Assembly: GCF_006345805.1 (NCBI RefSeq) | Contig: NC_043001.1 | Location: forward strand, 25,172,001 to 25,236,000 | DNA from: Octopus sinensis | Taxonomy: Eukaryota | DNA: 64,000 nt | Reading direction: 5' to 3' | Part shown: piece by piece, positions 1 to 10,803 of the stretch | Numbering within the stretch: position 1 is the stretch's first letter | Layout: every line of letters starts with the position of its first letter | Translations under genes and position numbers: made by a program | Notes under the pieces: model-generated | Told to the model about the DNA's origin: nothing | Databases searched by the model: none | What the model saw: the letters and a program-made list of their open reading frames with translations, nothing else

Positions 1-689
1 GTCTACACAAATGAAATGGCCAGACAATTGAAACTATACTGGAACAATTTTCATTTTGATGCCAGTATAGCCAGTTCTAATCCAGCACATTTACATAATT
101 GACTAAGTATTTAAATGCAGAGATGTTCCAACAGCTAGCTGAGCAAACAGTACATGAATGAAGTGACAACTACAATACTGAATGCCTAGAATTTTATGGA
201 AAGACAGTGCCCTCAAGGTTCATTTTCTAAGTACTTCTAGTATTCTCATGGGTATAATGAACTTCCACACAAAATCCAACTTACTAAGAATTTACAGTAT
301 GCTTCTATTGATGTCATATCACTTCATCAGATAAATGAATACATATCCCACTGCAGAAACTATGTTTAACAAAACATTTTTTTCTAATCAATCTTTGGTT
401 GGAAAAAGTTTGCAGCTTCTTATAAGAAAGCATTCATTCCATCAAATGTGATGAAGAATTACTAAGGGGACAAAGTGGCTATTTTGTAATCACTGGAAAT
501 AATAAGTTTTGATGTAACATTTTTCTTTCTCTTTTACATTGTATATATATTTCAGCAAAGTTGACACCAACTTTATGCAAGCATGAAGACACGCGGGCAA
601 AATACTGTTGCTCTAAATGAAAACCTTACCTGTCATTGTGGTTTTGTGGCATGAAGCAAAGCAGACCTTGTCCACTCAAGAAAACACAT

Positions 690-862
690 AGTAAATGATC
701 CACAAGCACTTGAGCAAACTGAGCCCTCAACTTGTTCCATTTACTAAAAGGTTTGCAAGACACAAGCAGGCCTCAAGAGGCACATGTGTGTCCATAGAAC
801 ATGATTACTGCTTTATTTTACTATTTACATTTGTTGTTCACAACAAGAGAATCAATCATCAT
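690..862 (+). mobile_element. 3' end of a decayed RTE/BovB-type LINE (C-terminal C2H2-like motif and tail)
   Basis: Translates as VCKTQAGLKRHMCVHRT*, parallel to CNVCSRVCLSRAGLISHQR at the end of the RTE fragment at 29064-29400. Ends in atcatcat. Confidence 0.5.
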
Positions 863-882
863 ATTTATATATATATATGATG

Positions 883-1186
883 TAGACATAGGAGTGACTG
901 TGTGGTAAGTAGCTTGCTTACCAACCACATGGTTCCAAGTTCGGTCCCACTGTGTGACACCTTGGGCAAGTGTCTTCTACTATAGCCTCGGGCCGACCAA
1001 AGCCTTGTGAGTGGATTTGGTAGACGGAAACTGAAAGAAGCCCGTCATATATATATATGTGTGTGTGTGTATGTTTGTCCCCCCAACATCGCTTGACAAC
1101 CAACGTGGGTGTGTTTACGTCCCCGTAACTTAGCGGTTCAGCAAAAGAGACCGATAGAATAAGTACTAGGCTTACAAAGAATAAGT
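883..1186 (+). mobile_element. tRNA-derived SINE, family A (3' part missing)
   Basis: Head ggagtgactgtgtggtaag...ggttccaagttcggtcccactg, internal (TA)/(TG) tract. Near-identical to the copies at 40245, 47908 and 61889. Confidence 0.9.
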
Positions 1187-2403
1187 ATTCCAGAATTTTT
1201 CAGGAGACATTTATTGAAGTACAAACAATTTCCTTCAAAGTAAAATCTTCTAACTTCAATGCACATGTAGCACTCCAGCCACTACATGAAGGCCTCATGG
1301 ATGTCATCAAGTGAAGGTGTCCAGGACTTTTTGTCACAACCTCCTTCATCTTCCTATACCTTCAAAACAATTGCCCCTTAGGTTCTCCTTCAGCTTGGGA
1401 AACAAGCAAAAGCTACAAGGAGAAGGTCTGGACTGTAGGGAGGGTGAGGGATAGGTTTGATGCCCATCCTTGTCGAATAGTTGCTTACCAGCATGGAATT
1501 GTGGACTGGTGCATTATCTTGGTGCAGGTGCCACTGACCTAAGCGGAAGAGGTCTGGCCTTTTGCAACAAAATCTTTTCCTTAACTCCCTCAAATCTTTA
1601 ACAAAGTACTACTTGTTGGCCCCCCTGGTCAGAGGGAATCCAGTGGATGTAGGTGTTGCCCTTACTGTCAAAAAAGGAGATCATCACGAGTTTCCAGGTG
1701 AACTTGCTTTGCCTGGCCTTCTTGGGTCTGGGGGAGCCAGGATGCTTCCATTGGGCACTCTTGGTCTCTGGATCATGTCAGTAGATTCAGCTTTCATCAC
1801 AGGCTACCAGAAACTCGTGTTCTCTTGGATACTGTCACCAACACACTTTTCCCTTTCCCTGTTTATCACTGACCACCCTAGGAACAAACTTTGTACAAAT
1901 TCAGTGTACAGTTGTCACACCAACTCCAGACTGCATGCTTGTCTTAATAGACACATGATGGTCTTCATCTAGAAAATTGCAAACTTTCTCAACTAGCTCA
2001 GATGTTCCGACATCCCTCTCCCTACCACATTTCTCATTGTCTCTCACCTCTTCTCAAGTGTCCTTGACCTCATGCCACTGAAAAAACAGATACTCGGCTT
2101 TAGTGTATTTCATAAGTTTTCCGAACAATTTTACCCAGTTTAACACAAAACTTTATTGCATAGCAAGCTTCCAAATTGTCTTCAAATCCCAAATGCATTC
2201 TGCAAACTAGTCAGCTGCGACAAGCAGTGATCAGGAAGGTGTGTTCAAAGTGCTGTTGCAGCTGTTTCCTTCAATCTGAAATAAGAAAAAGTTGGCCGGT
2301 CAGCTTATTAGATGTATAGTAAAAATATGCTAAAATTACAACAATATAGAACAGTTATAGATGCCTCTCCTAAAAAAGTCTCAAAATTTCTAGAATGGAC
2401 CTC
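1187..2403 (-). mobile_element. Decayed mariner (Tc1/mariner) transposon
   Basis: Minus strand gives AIKFCVKLGK (about 2160), LHQDNAPVH and HPPYSPDL. TIR-like gaggtccattctagaaattttgagac at 2378-2403, with a partial counterpart at 1187-1212. Multiple stops. Confidence 0.9.
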
Positions 2404-2487
2404 AAAAGATTCAAGAAGTTTAAAATCCCAAAACTTTGTAGAATTCTTCATAGTATTCATTCATGACTATGTAGTTAAGAAGGCATA

Positions 2488-2707
2488 ATAAATAAATGGG
2501 CCCGGTTTCTATGGCGTATGTGTTCCCCAGCTGGACGGGACGCCAGTCCATTGCAGCATTACTCATTTTTGCCAGCTGAGTGGACTGGAGCAATGTGAAA
2601 TGAAGTGTTTTGCTCAAGAACACAACGCGTCGCCCGATCCAGGAATCGAAACCACAATCTTACGATCATGATGCTGACACCCTAACCACTAAGCCATGCA
2701 CCTCCAC
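2488..2707 (-). mobile_element. tRNA-derived SINE, family D
   Basis: Minus-strand head ggaggtgcatggcttagtggttagg...gtttcgattcc with A/B-box-like motifs. Exact 11-bp TSD aagaaggcata at 2477-2487 and 2708-2718. Confidence 0.9.
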
Positions 2708-3249
2708 AAGAAGGCATAGGTATGGTTAAAAAGTTTGCTTCACATCCACATGGGTTCATTCCAACTTTGTACCTTAGGTAGTGTCTTTTACTCTCATCTC
2801 AGGCTGACCAAAGCCATAAGAGTGAATTTGGAAGACAAAATGCCAGATTTGACTGGGCCTGATGAAGCCTACTGGCTTCACAGACCCCAGTAGAACCGTC
2901 CAACCCATGCTAGCATGGAAAACGGACGCTAAACGATGATGATGATGATATATATGTGTGTGCATGTCTGTGTTTTTACACTTGTGCCCTATGACAGTTG
3001 CTACAAGTAGTATTGTTGTTGTTGTCAGTTCTCCTGTTGACTTTTCTGCTTGCTTTACATCTTTGTGAAATAAGAGATCCCACACTTGAAGGTTAGCAAC
3101 AGGAAAGGAATCCAGATGTAAAATAAACAAATAGACAGCTTGACATAACATAGAGAATGAAAAAGTTCCAAATAAATTAAATGCTTAGATCATTCTTTTG
3201 TGGGATACAGAAAAAAAACAATTAAATATTGATATCTATGAAGACGCAC

Positions 3250-4012
3250 CCTCCTCAGCCAAAAATGAGTTCTGGAAGTGCTGTACATCTTCCCTACCCA
3301 TTAGTGATTCTCCTCACCTCATGCACTATACTTACCTCTTACTCCTACTCTCTTGTCCTCCCTACCAGCAACTACATCTTCCTACTCTTGCTAGTTGCTA
3401 CTCCCACTCTTCTGCATCTCTCTATCATCCCCAGCTCACGGCTCTTGTCTTATCCTCTTTTCAACCCTACCCATTTTGGCAGCCTGCCTCCCCAGCCCAC
3501 ATTCACTTCTTATACAATCTTGAAAATGACCCACCCACTTCTACTTAGCTTGTGCCTTGTAGGGCCACTTGGACACTTATTGCCATTAGCTATGTCTTGC
3601 AGCACCTACTGGTCATTTTCTTTCTTCCCCCACTCTTTACCTCTACTAGATGTGAGTAGCCATGCAGATCCCTCTACCCCACCCTCTCATAGTAGCCATG
3701 CAGATCCCTCTACCCCACCCTCTAATAGTATTTCCTCTTGTCTCCTAGCATAAAGCTCATCCCACCCCTATCCCTAAGGTTTGTAGTTCTATGAACTGCA
3801 TGGCAGCCCCAATGGTGCAGGTGGTACAAAAAAAGCACCTGGTCCATGCTGCAAAGTGGTTGGCACAGCAGGAAGGGCATCCAGCTGTAAAAGTTATGCC
3901 AAAGCAGAATTTGGAGCTTAATGCAGTCCTTGGACACATTAGATCCTGTCAAACTGTCCAAACTATGCCAGCATGGAAGATGCACATTAAATGAGAATGA
4001 TGATGATGATGA
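3250..4012 (+). repeat. Old retroposon copy: pyrimidine-rich body plus RTE-type 3' tail, with a 36-bp tandem duplication at 3655-3726
   Basis: Tail aagggcatccagctgtaaaa...gccagcatggaa...(atg)n. The body resembles 19990-20430. Confidence 0.55.
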
Positions 4013-4039
4013 ACAGAGACCTGGACAATTTTGTCACAA

Positions 4040-4690
4040 CAGCAAGAAAAATACAAACACCACTCATAATTCATTCTTAATTAATTGCAGCATTCTGAAG
4101 GGGTCCTGAAAATCACACCTACTGTTGGGTTTCACTACCAAAATGTGATCTCTCTTGGTAAAAGCACATCCTTAGCATGTCCATTGTTCCATGCTTGTGT
4201 GGGTTGATGACTACAACTGAGGCATCATTTTACATCCAATCACCTATTTATCAATTAAGGGGTCTCTTATTTCACATAACAAGGATGTAAATCAAGCATC
4301 CCAATGATTAACCCTTCTTTTCGGAGAAGCACTACTGATGCACACACAGACATCCCAGCTTCTGGTTACCAGCACACTGTTTCCACTCTCTGTCTTTTCT
4401 ATTGCAATTATAATGGCCTCTGCTCCTTAGAGATGGTTGAGCTCATGCTACCTGACTCAGACATTCCAGTCAAACCTGTCTTTCCTATTTCCATCATCTT
4501 TGTTGTGTCCAACTATCCTGACTCCATACTAACTATTATGCCCTGTCCTTCTTCCCCAGAAAGTTAACTCTTTTGAATTCTCTCTCTACTCATATTTCTC
4601 AAAGGTTCAAGGGAAGCATTAATGGCATTGATCTCACTGCTCTAGGAAGTCTACAAATGCTATGAACACTGACTCTACCTCCAAAGCTAG
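4040..4690 (+). mobile_element. CR1/Jockey-group LINE 3' remnant
   Basis: HTVSTLCLFYCNYNGLCSLEM resembles the SLxLFYRYYxGxCSxEL-type C-terminal motif. A related remnant is at 58290-58650. Confidence 0.5.
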
Positions 4691-4930
4691 CAAATAAAAG
4701 AAAAAAATTGCTTAACCCATTGATGCATATAGTTTAGTTTACATTCTTTTTCAATAAAATTTTGTGAACAGAATAGTTACCTTGCATTTAAATTTTCACT
4801 AATTATTAGTGAAAGAAGTGATACTTATACCAAAAAAGCAATCTTTATATCCAACTTATTTTGTTAGAACACCAAATACTGTGGTATTTGGTGTTCTAAC
4901 AATATATTCACATTTAGTTAGATAAAAGAT

Positions 4931-5304
4931 GACTGGCATCCATGCTAGTGGAGCACTAAGAGCACCATCCGATTGGTTACCTGGCGTTCGTGCCGGTGGC
5001 ACGTAAAAAAGCACCATTCGAGCTTGATCGTTGACAGCGTCGCCTCACTGGCACTTGTGCCGGTGAAAAAGTAAAAAAATTTTTTTCGTGGCCATTGCCA
5101 GTACCACCTGACTAGCCCTCATGCCGGTAGCATGTTAAAGCACCCACTACACTCTCGGAGTGGTTGGCGTTAGGAAGGGCATCCAGCTGTAGAAACTGCC
5201 AGATCAAGATTGAAGCCTGGTGCAGCCATCTGGTTTGCCAGTCCTCAGTCAAATCGTCCAACCCATGCTAGCATGGAAAGCAGACATTAAACGATGATGA
5301 TGAT
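4931..5304 (+). mobile_element. 5'-truncated RTE-like LINE 3' UTR copy (family B)
   Basis: Tandem gtgccggtggcacgtaaaaagcacc units, conserved terminus ...ccaacccatgctagcatggaaag...ttaaac(gat)n. Same sequence follows ORF2 at 60420-61745. Confidence 0.9.
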
Positions 5305-5534
5305 TGCCTTTTGATATTAATACTGCTTGTCATTAATTATTTTTTAACAAGCCTGCCAGCTACCTGCAACATCAGTGCCTGTAAAGTCACTATAATTTGG
5401 TGTATCATAGGCAGCGAGATTTTCGCCGGTATGCATCAAGCGGACAACTGTCAATTAAGAGACACAGTACATTGAAATCACTTGGTCTAGACAATTCTCA
5501 TCTGCCAACAATATAAGTGTACTTTTATGTACCA

Positions 5535-5832
5535 CGGGCACCATTCGAGCATGATCGTTACCAACGTCGCCTTACTGGCACTTGTGCTGGTGGCATGTGT
5601 AAAAGGATTTGAGCAAGGTCGTTGCCAGTACCGCCAGACTGGCCCCCGTGCCAGTGGCACGTAAAAAGCACCCACTACACTCTCAGAGTGGTTAGCGTTA
5701 GGAAGGGCATCCAGCTGTAGAAACTCTGCCAAATCAAGATTGGAGCCTGGTGCAGCCATCTGGTTCGCCAGCCCTCAGTCAAAATCGTCCAACCCATGCT
5801 AGCATGGAAAGCGGATGTTAAACGATGATGAT
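5535..5832 (+). mobile_element. Family B RTE 3' UTR copy
   Basis: Same units and (gat)n tail. Confidence 0.9.
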
Positions 5833-6129
5833 TCATATAAGGTGAAAACTGCAGTGTTCAGTCTTCTAACAAAGCATCCATCTATGTTCAGCTGCATATA
5901 AAGACCACCTTTCAAATTTTCAATGTTTCAATACTAACAGAATTTTGGTTACAAAGTGTCTATTTAGGACACAATGCCGTCTGGATATAAAAATAGACAT
6001 TTCAAATAAAACAAATTTTATTTAAGACACATATTCAGCACACAAAAAAAAAACATTTATTGATAAACATCTGTTTTAGTTCATAACAAGTCTCGTATAC
6101 TTTTTGACATTTGGGATGGAATCAGCATT

Positions 6130-7728
6130 ACATTTTGAAGGTGAAAATGTGGCTTTACAAGTGCAACATTACATCTTTGATTTCTGAGTGTAGCCTGTGA
6201 GTCAAACCTTCACAGTAAACTGAAAAGTTGTACTGCATGCAGACTGATGTCTTCCTCCATAGGATGCAAAATCCGTATAGATCTTCAAAACTGCAACAGC
6301 TGAACACCATCAGAACTGGAAAAGAGGATTTGTACTGTTCTTTGATTTCTTTCAAAGTAACCAAGCAGACATTACAGTCACATCAAGAAAATAAATGAAG
6401 ACTGGCCACCACCACCTTTTCCTCTTGTATGTCTTGCTATCCATTGAGATAGCTGATCCACTTCCATCCCACGAAGGAGTTGTAATGGTTCATAGCAACT
6501 GGTTAAAGGACTTGTACACTGAGATTTTCCAGGGAAAATCGTTTTGTTCAGCCAATAATCGACAAATTACATTTTGTTGCTAAGGTGAGCACATTATTGC
6601 CATTATTTTATTGCAAATACAGTGGTTGTTGAAGAAATCTCAGTGCTTACTTTCATCTTCCTCAATGCTACAGTTTTTGGTAAAAGGGCAATTCCCAAAC
6701 CTAATTTCTCATATATATAGTTCCTAATGCACAAATACCAATTTCCGATAAGTGGATGAAAAGATCATAGGATGGTAAAATAATTATCAAAATATACTTT
6801 ATATCCAGATTTTTTTTGGCACATTTCCTTTATTGATCTAATTTACTAGTTTTTGATTTCAACACTTTTGTTGAACCCAATTGCTTTTCCTATATATATA
6901 TATATATATATTATTCAGTAACAGAACAGACACTTTTCTAACCCAAATCTAATATGTTGCTTGGTAAAGTAACAAACAAAATTAGAAATCCTGTATTCAT
7001 TAAGAGAAATATGTTCATCCAAAGTCTTCAGCTCAAGAAACTTTTTCCTAAGTGATCTAAAATTGGTTCTATACTGGATAAACTGTTTGCATAATCCTTC
7101 AAATAAGTAAGATACAGAACATCTTCAAAATGATTATATTGGATTAGAATCCATCAACTTAAATGTCTTTCTCAGGTGACGAATAGGTCCTTTTACTAGC
7201 AGATTTAGAAACACCAGATAGCAAAAGTCCTCTAGACATCATCCATATTTCATTATCAGATGCATTCAAGGTGGTGTTTTTCTGATAAGCATAAAGGATA
7301 GTCTGATGAAGGATATTCTGGGAAAATGGCTTTATCAAATATAAGTTTAAAAACTTCTGCCTCTAATTCACTTAATAGGAAAAATTCTGGCACTGGTTTC
7401 GAAACAGTGTTAAATACATTTATATCAAATACTGGTACAGTTTTTTTCTCCCATTTCAGGTTTTTATCTGTTTTGTTGACTAACAGATTTGGGTATACTT
7501 ACAGTTTCCTCTTCATTGACATCGTTCGTTCCTTTTGGCACGAAATCACACTGAGTTTCTCGGCAGTTCACTTCTTCCTAAACCATTCACTGGATCAGTG
7601 GAATCATCTTCAGAATCATCATGTTCGATTACCCTTTTCTACTTCGGGAATAAGGAGTGCAATGTCAAGTAGTGAAGTTTCTATCATCGCCTTCTTCTGG
7701 AATTTCCGAAACCTGATGCATATTCAAT
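6130..7728 (-). pseudogene. piggyBac (PGBD-like) transposase pseudogene
   Basis: Minus-strand motifs in canonical order: acidic N-terminus DDSEDDS, GLLLSG (7213-7229), HIRFG (6942-6956), KVYFDNYFT (6774-6800), GICALGTI, YNSFVG/EVDQ (decayed YNxxMGGVD), KRWWWPVFIYFLDV (6380-6425), and a decayed Cys-rich end. Many stops and frameshifts, and a (TA)n insertion at 6891-6912. Confidence 0.9.
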
Positions 7729-7989
7729 CTGGAAAATAAAAAAAACAAAGTCATTCTGATAGTAACGTAAACATGTCCAAAGACCGGTCGTAGGGTCTGC
7801 AACTTATTACTCAACCAACATAACTTCAGAGTCCTGATTCCAAGACACATAAATCATGATACCAAAAACCACCTATGGATTGACAAACAAATATTTTTAT
7901 GACTGCGTATTTTTACACTTTTTTTGTAAACTCCCAAATGATTATCAGTAAATAGTTAAGTTGAAAATTACTACAAAAGCCCTTCTTAC

Positions 7990-8024
7990 CTGTCAATGAA
8001 AACACTTGTTGACTGTGACGCCAT
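7990..8024 (-). CDS. Short first coding exon MASQSTSVFID(R) of a minus-strand transcript
   Basis: ATG at 8024, donor ACAG|GTAAG at 7990/7989. Joins in frame to acceptor ttttattttccag|A at 7728, giving MASQSTSVFIDRLNMHQVSEIPEEGDD. Confidence 0.55.
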
Positions 8025-8362
8025 ATTGGAAGCGGCATGCAGAATAAAAGAGTTATTCATTAAATTCTATAGATAGAAAACAGTTTAAATGTTAACTGAA
8101 ACAAAATATAGATAATTACAAGTCGTAATTATTTGGTAGTTTATAATTTGGTGACGATCGTATTTTCTTAGTAAACAAACGAATTTAATGAGCAAAGTTG
8201 CTATTCCAAGGGAAATCTCGCGTGTGTTTGCGAGAGAGAACGAGAGTGAGATCTTGTGATGGCTGTCGTTATTGATATAACGGCGGTAAGTTGAGCGAGT
8301 GTTGGGAGGGAAGGAAGCCACAATAAAGTGTGTGAGCGACTGAACCAATCCCTCGCACGCAA
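8025..8362. promoter_or_regulatory. Candidate bidirectional promoter / 5' UTR region
   Basis: CpG-rich relative to flanks and free of repeats. Lies between divergent ATGs (8024 minus, 8363 plus). YY1-like AATATGGCG and ETS-like GGAAGCGG at 8018-8035. Confidence 0.55.
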
Positions 8363-9257
8363 ATGGACGATCAATTGAAAGTGGTACACGGAGGCGTAGC
8401 CCAAACAAACACAACAACAGACAGTCCCGGGGCTCCCACCACCAGTAGTCCCTTTCCGAAGGAGGATAATACCGACAGGACTACGTCGAGCACCAGCAGT
8501 TGCGATTGTGTTGTTGTCACAAACGCGGCTGCAGTAGACACGGTACTTAGCGAAAATGGCAAAGACAGCGAGGCTAAAGTCTCGAGCTTCGATGTAACTA
8601 GCAACAACACGACATCGTGCATGTCAAGCAACACAGTCGCTAGTACTACATTGACAACAACCACAACAACAGGCTCACCATCAACATTCACTGCTTCAGA
8701 TACAGCAGGGTCTGATTCCTCGTTAGACCACCGTCTATCCGAGTGTAACATAAATAAAAATGAAGATGGAAATGACAATGTTCCCGATAAAAATCCCTTG
8801 TTGGAGGTAGGATTAGGATCAATGCAGCCCGTTATGGAATCTAATAAAGCTATAATGAAAAATTCTACTTCGAATGAAATGGAAACGAGTAAGAAGTCTG
8901 ATAATGCAAATAATCATGTCAGTGTTAATCACCCTGGATCTCCCGATTCTGGTGGTGTAGAACTAACTTCAGCTATGCAACAACAAGGAAAACATGAACA
9001 TTCTAGAGAACAACAACCTGTCATTAAACAACCACTGTTGTCGTCAGATGGTCGTTCTACTTCACAGATTGCCGAGCAGAACACCACTCAGAGTTGGAAC
9101 AAAACATCTGAAGCAGGAATGGAGGAAAGCAACAATGTGGAGCGACAACTGTCGCGAACCACCTGTCCGCAGGCTGTACCTTTGGAGACGATACCTATAC
9201 CTGGTGATCACGAACAGTCAAGAATAACCCTCAACAAAAACCAAACAAACGTGCAAG
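8363..9257 (+). CDS. First coding exon of an unidentified host gene; Ser/Thr/Asn-rich, probably disordered N-terminus (298 codons + 1 nt)
   Basis: By far the longest ORF, unique and CpG-containing. In-frame upstream stop at 8333-8335. Donor CAAG|GTGGGT at 9257/9258 (phase 1) just before the ORF stop. No recognisable domain. Confidence 0.75.
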
Positions 9258-10086
9258 GTGGGTAGATTATAGCAGCATTATTACAATTTCTACTGTGAGA
9301 TATTTCGACCCTTGTGTTTACGTCATCAACATTATTCGTGCCTATTTTCCGTAGTTCAACTTAAGTTCTCCTTTCGTTTACACCTTACATTATTATTCTC
9401 CTCTTTAATATATATTTATATAACCATATGTATATATATATACTTCAATATATCTCCTTCGACACAGTTATTATTTGTGTATTCTTTTAACACATTAGAT
9501 TCTCGAAACTTGCCATGGTTAAAAATTTTTTAAAAAAGTCATTATCATGTATATTTCTATTTTATTTCTTTCTTGCCTTCGTTTTACCTTTACTTATAAT
9601 CGGTTTCATATTTCGATTTACTGTTCAAGTTGTTACTCAATGGACGGCTTCTATCATATAATTAAACTCTATATATATTCTAGGACCTCATCTTTGTTTA
9701 TTCCATGCACAACTGTTCCCCTTCGAACCCAATGCAACCATCTCGATACGTACCTTTTACCACGTATGAATAAAAACAATAAAATACTTCAACCAGATGC
9801 AAAATTAAACCATGCTAGTTGCAAATTTTGCAGTAGGTTAAAGTTGCTTTTTTTTTTTACCTAACAAAATACGAATAAGAGATACCTTGATGTGTTTTTA
9901 TCTGACACCAAATAAATTCTATCCATAGTTTTATTATTCTTCCTCATTAAACTTACAGCGTGACTTAAAACACTGTACTCATTATTTGGAGGCTTTACGT
10001 TAAAAAAGAAATACTATAGATGTGTAAATTATACACTTAAAGAGTTCTCTACTATAAAACACTTTCTTTTACACTGTCTTCAATAA

Positions 10087-10106
10087 CTGCGCAGGAAATC
10101 TTTCAT

Positions 10107-10141
<35 letters not shown>

Positions 10142-10150
10142 TATAATATA
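10087..10150. repeat. (TA)n microsatellite
   Basis: Direct reading of the sequence. Confidence 0.95.
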
Positions 10151-10199
10151 TGTGTTCATGGTGTATGTAAATCTAATTTTAATTCTCAATTCATTCAGC

Positions 10200-10803
10200 T
10201 TTTCTCTAAATAATTTTGCCGGAACTTTCCGAATGTTTATTTATCGTAGCTTCTGCTCGCCATATGGAATTTTCCGGTGAAAGTGTTTTTTTAATTACTG
10301 TCGTATTTTGAAAATATGGTGGAAATAATACCACGACTACCTTCGCTGCTTTGGTACTTTTCTGACAATAAGAACATACTGTGCTACACTGTAAACTTCA
10401 GTTTATTTCACACAGTGGTATCTCGTTCGATTTTCTGTGGAATGTGGTTTAAGTTTCGTTTAACGAAATTGTTGTATATATATATACAAACAGGCTTGAT
10501 TGCAAATACTTCAAAGTTCAGCTGAAGTTCGCTGCCATCTTCGCCGACAGACACTGTTTACACATCGTTTGTTAATTCGTGTAAGCATTTGTTCAAAACA
10601 TCACAAGAAGGCCGACCCGCGTCATTGTTTATTTTAGGACTTCACTCACGCACTCTTGTTTTATATGAAACGAAAAAAAATGTGTCACAGCAAGTTGTCG
10701 ATTAACTTTCAGCTTGATTCATTCAAGAAAAAAACAGAAAAAAAAAAAATACTATGGCACGAGTCTGAGCACCACTCAACCCCATGCCTACCATTAGTCT
10801 GGG
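10200..10803 (+). promoter_or_regulatory. Candidate second promoter / alternative first exon
   Basis: Local CpG enrichment, gccggaac, ttccgg and GCCATCTT motifs. Donor TGGG|GTAAGG at 10803/10804. Confidence 0.3.

Noticed and set aside
883-960. SINE heads as tRNA genes
   Set aside because: No complete cloverleaf. Each continues into SINE body sequence found many times in the window.
7326-7739. 137-aa plus-strand ORF
   Set aside because: Antisense to the piggyBac relic, with no independent support.
8371-8778. 135-aa minus-strand ORF
   Set aside because: Antisense shadow of the Thr/Ser-rich exon (ACN codons read as Val).
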